IMG/VR virus record: IMGVR_UViG_3300009431_000004
Source: a virus
Reading direction: 5' to 3' (one strand)
Length of the DNA stretch: 64,000 bases
Numbering within the stretch: position 1 is the first letter of the stretch; the number at the start of each line of letters is the position of its first letter. Positions 62,865 through 64,000 of the stretch are shown piece by piece. The translations under genes and the position numbers were made by a program. The notes beneath the pieces were generated by a model. It was given only the letters and a program-made list of their open reading frames with translations, ran no database searches and was not told where the DNA came from.

Positions 62865-63224
62865 CTACTTGGACGCTGCCCTGAGTGCGGCGAGGATGAC
62901 AGCCTTGGTGTCGTCCTTCGACACCTTCAGCTTCATCTTCTGGGCGACGCCCAGCAGCTCGGCCTTGGTCATCTTCTGGTTGAAGGCTGCGACCTTCCGA
63001 GCGGCCTTGGGCTTGATGGTGGTCTTGTCGTCGGCGGTCCCCAGAATCTCGTCGGGACCGGCCTTGACCGTTGCGGTCATGGCCCCGACATCGACCTGCA
63101 TCTTCTTGGGCCACGGACGGGCAGCTTCCGCCCGAGCGGCGGCCCTCAATTGCCGCCGCTTGCGGCGGCCCAGATAGGCGGACCACTGTTCGGCGGTCCA
63201 GTTCGCAGGTTTCTTTCTCGGCAT
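62865..63224 (-). CDS. basic protein with HeH/Rho-N-like C-terminus
   Basis: MTKAELL.VA....KV....TKAVIL.AL. Confidence 0.6.
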   Translation of the reverse strand: MPRKKPANWTAEQWSAYLGRRKRRQLRAAARAEAARPWPKKMQVDVGAMTATVKAGPDEILGTADDKTTIKPKAARKVAAFNQKMTKAELLGVAQKMKLKVSKDDTKAVILAALRAASK

Positions 63225-63236
63225 GGTGTCCTCCTC

Positions 63237-63623
63237 TCAGGCGATAAGACCCTTGATGAGCGCGGAAAGGACGCTCCCCAGCGTATGGGAGAGCTTCGCA
63301 AGGAAGTCCCCCCACTTGGTCTTCTCGTCCGCCTCCACGTTCTGAAGATGCGCCAGAATGTCGCTGGCCACTTCGAGGTCCGCCCAGTCAATCTCCGGGG
63401 GCGTCTCCCCCGCGAGTACCTTGTTGATGTAGTCCATGCCGATGTCGATGCCCTTGGCACCGTGGACCTCGACAGCGTTGGCGATGAGTGCCAGCACGGA
63501 CTTCTTCCAGCCCTCCTGACCCCCGGCGACATCGTTCAGTTCCCCGGCGAGGGCGTCCACTCCTGCCTGTCCGAGAACGGGCAGGAAATCATCCAGCAGT
63601 TTCTTCAGGTCGAATCCAGCCAT
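63237..63623 (-). CDS. hypothetical helical protein
   Basis: AAGGAGG RBS. Confidence 0.65.
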   Translation of the reverse strand: MAGFDLKKLLDDFLPVLGQAGVDALAGELNDVAGGQEGWKKSVLALIANAVEVHGAKGIDIGMDYINKVLAGETPPEIDWADLEVASDILAHLQNVEADEKTKWGDFLAKLSHTLGSVLSALIKGLIA

Positions 63624-63635
63624 CGGTCTTCCTCC

Positions 63636-63998
63636 TTACTGGTCGTGTGGGGGGCAAAGGGTCGAAGTCTCCGGCACCACGGGTGGCGTCTTCGGGGGCC
63701 TCACCTTCAGCAGACCGGCGTTGTAGAGCGCCATGGCCTTGTGGTAAGGCACCCGTGCCTTGACGACCAGCGCCTTCTTGGCGGCCTCCTCGCAGGCGTC
63801 CGTGACGAAGTTCTTGTCGGCGTCACAGGTGCAGAATTTCCCGATGAACCCCACCAGAGCATCGGCGGTCTGGACAGACGCCTGCTCCCAGAAGTTCAAC
63901 TCGGTCTTGTAGACCATTTCGTCCCGTACCACCGAGCCGCCGCACGCCATGGCCATCAGGACAGGCAGGGCCAACATGAGCAAGAGTCCGCGTTTCAT
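63636..63998 (-). CDS. putative lipoprotein
   Basis: Signal peptide with lipobox-like MAMAC; Pro-rich C-terminus. Confidence 0.55.
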   Translation of the reverse strand: MKRGLLLMLALPVLMAMACGGSVVRDEMVYKTELNFWEQASVQTADALVGFIGKFCTCDADKNFVTDACEEAAKKALVVKARVPYHKAMALYNAGLLKVRPPKTPPVVPETSTLCPPHDQ

Positions 63999-64000
63999 GT

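Noticed and set aside
1-64000. tRNA/rRNA genes and a late-promoter consensus
   Set aside because: No cloverleaf or T-loop signatures noticed; CTATA-like elements before some genes were too inconsistent to call.

Overview
GC-rich, gene-dense 64 kb segment most consistent with a large (probably jumbo) bacteriophage. A Myxococcota/deltaproteobacterial host is inferred from the MYXAN-type Cas genes and a sigma54 promoter. No rRNA or tRNA was seen. Main contents: (1) an adaptation-less type I-B/MYXAN CRISPR-Cas locus (cas6-cas3-cas8/cmx8-cas7/devR-cas5/devS, leader, 8-repeat array); (2) a dispersed but apparently complete ADP-ribose toolkit: a eukaryote-like WGR-helical-catalytic PARP directly upstream of a PRPP synthetase, flanked by a PARP-type Zn-finger protein and a BRCT-bearing NAD+ ligase, plus a distant NDT-Nudix / HD hydrolase / ADP-ribosylhydrolase cluster; (3) a ~10 kb glycosyltransferase/pyruvyltransferase island; (4) an endolysin invaded by a homing-endonuclease cassette that supplies a recoded replacement 3' end, with similar end replacement at two other genes; (5) a histidine kinase/receiver module; (6) nucleotide-metabolism genes (tdk, tmk, dNK, UDG, DNA MTase). 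A bipartite motif GGGGCTTAG-N13-GAGTAG precedes about 15 genes and looks like a phage-specific promoter regulon that includes the cas operon and the PARP. All protein calls come from motif recognition by eye; no database searches were run.
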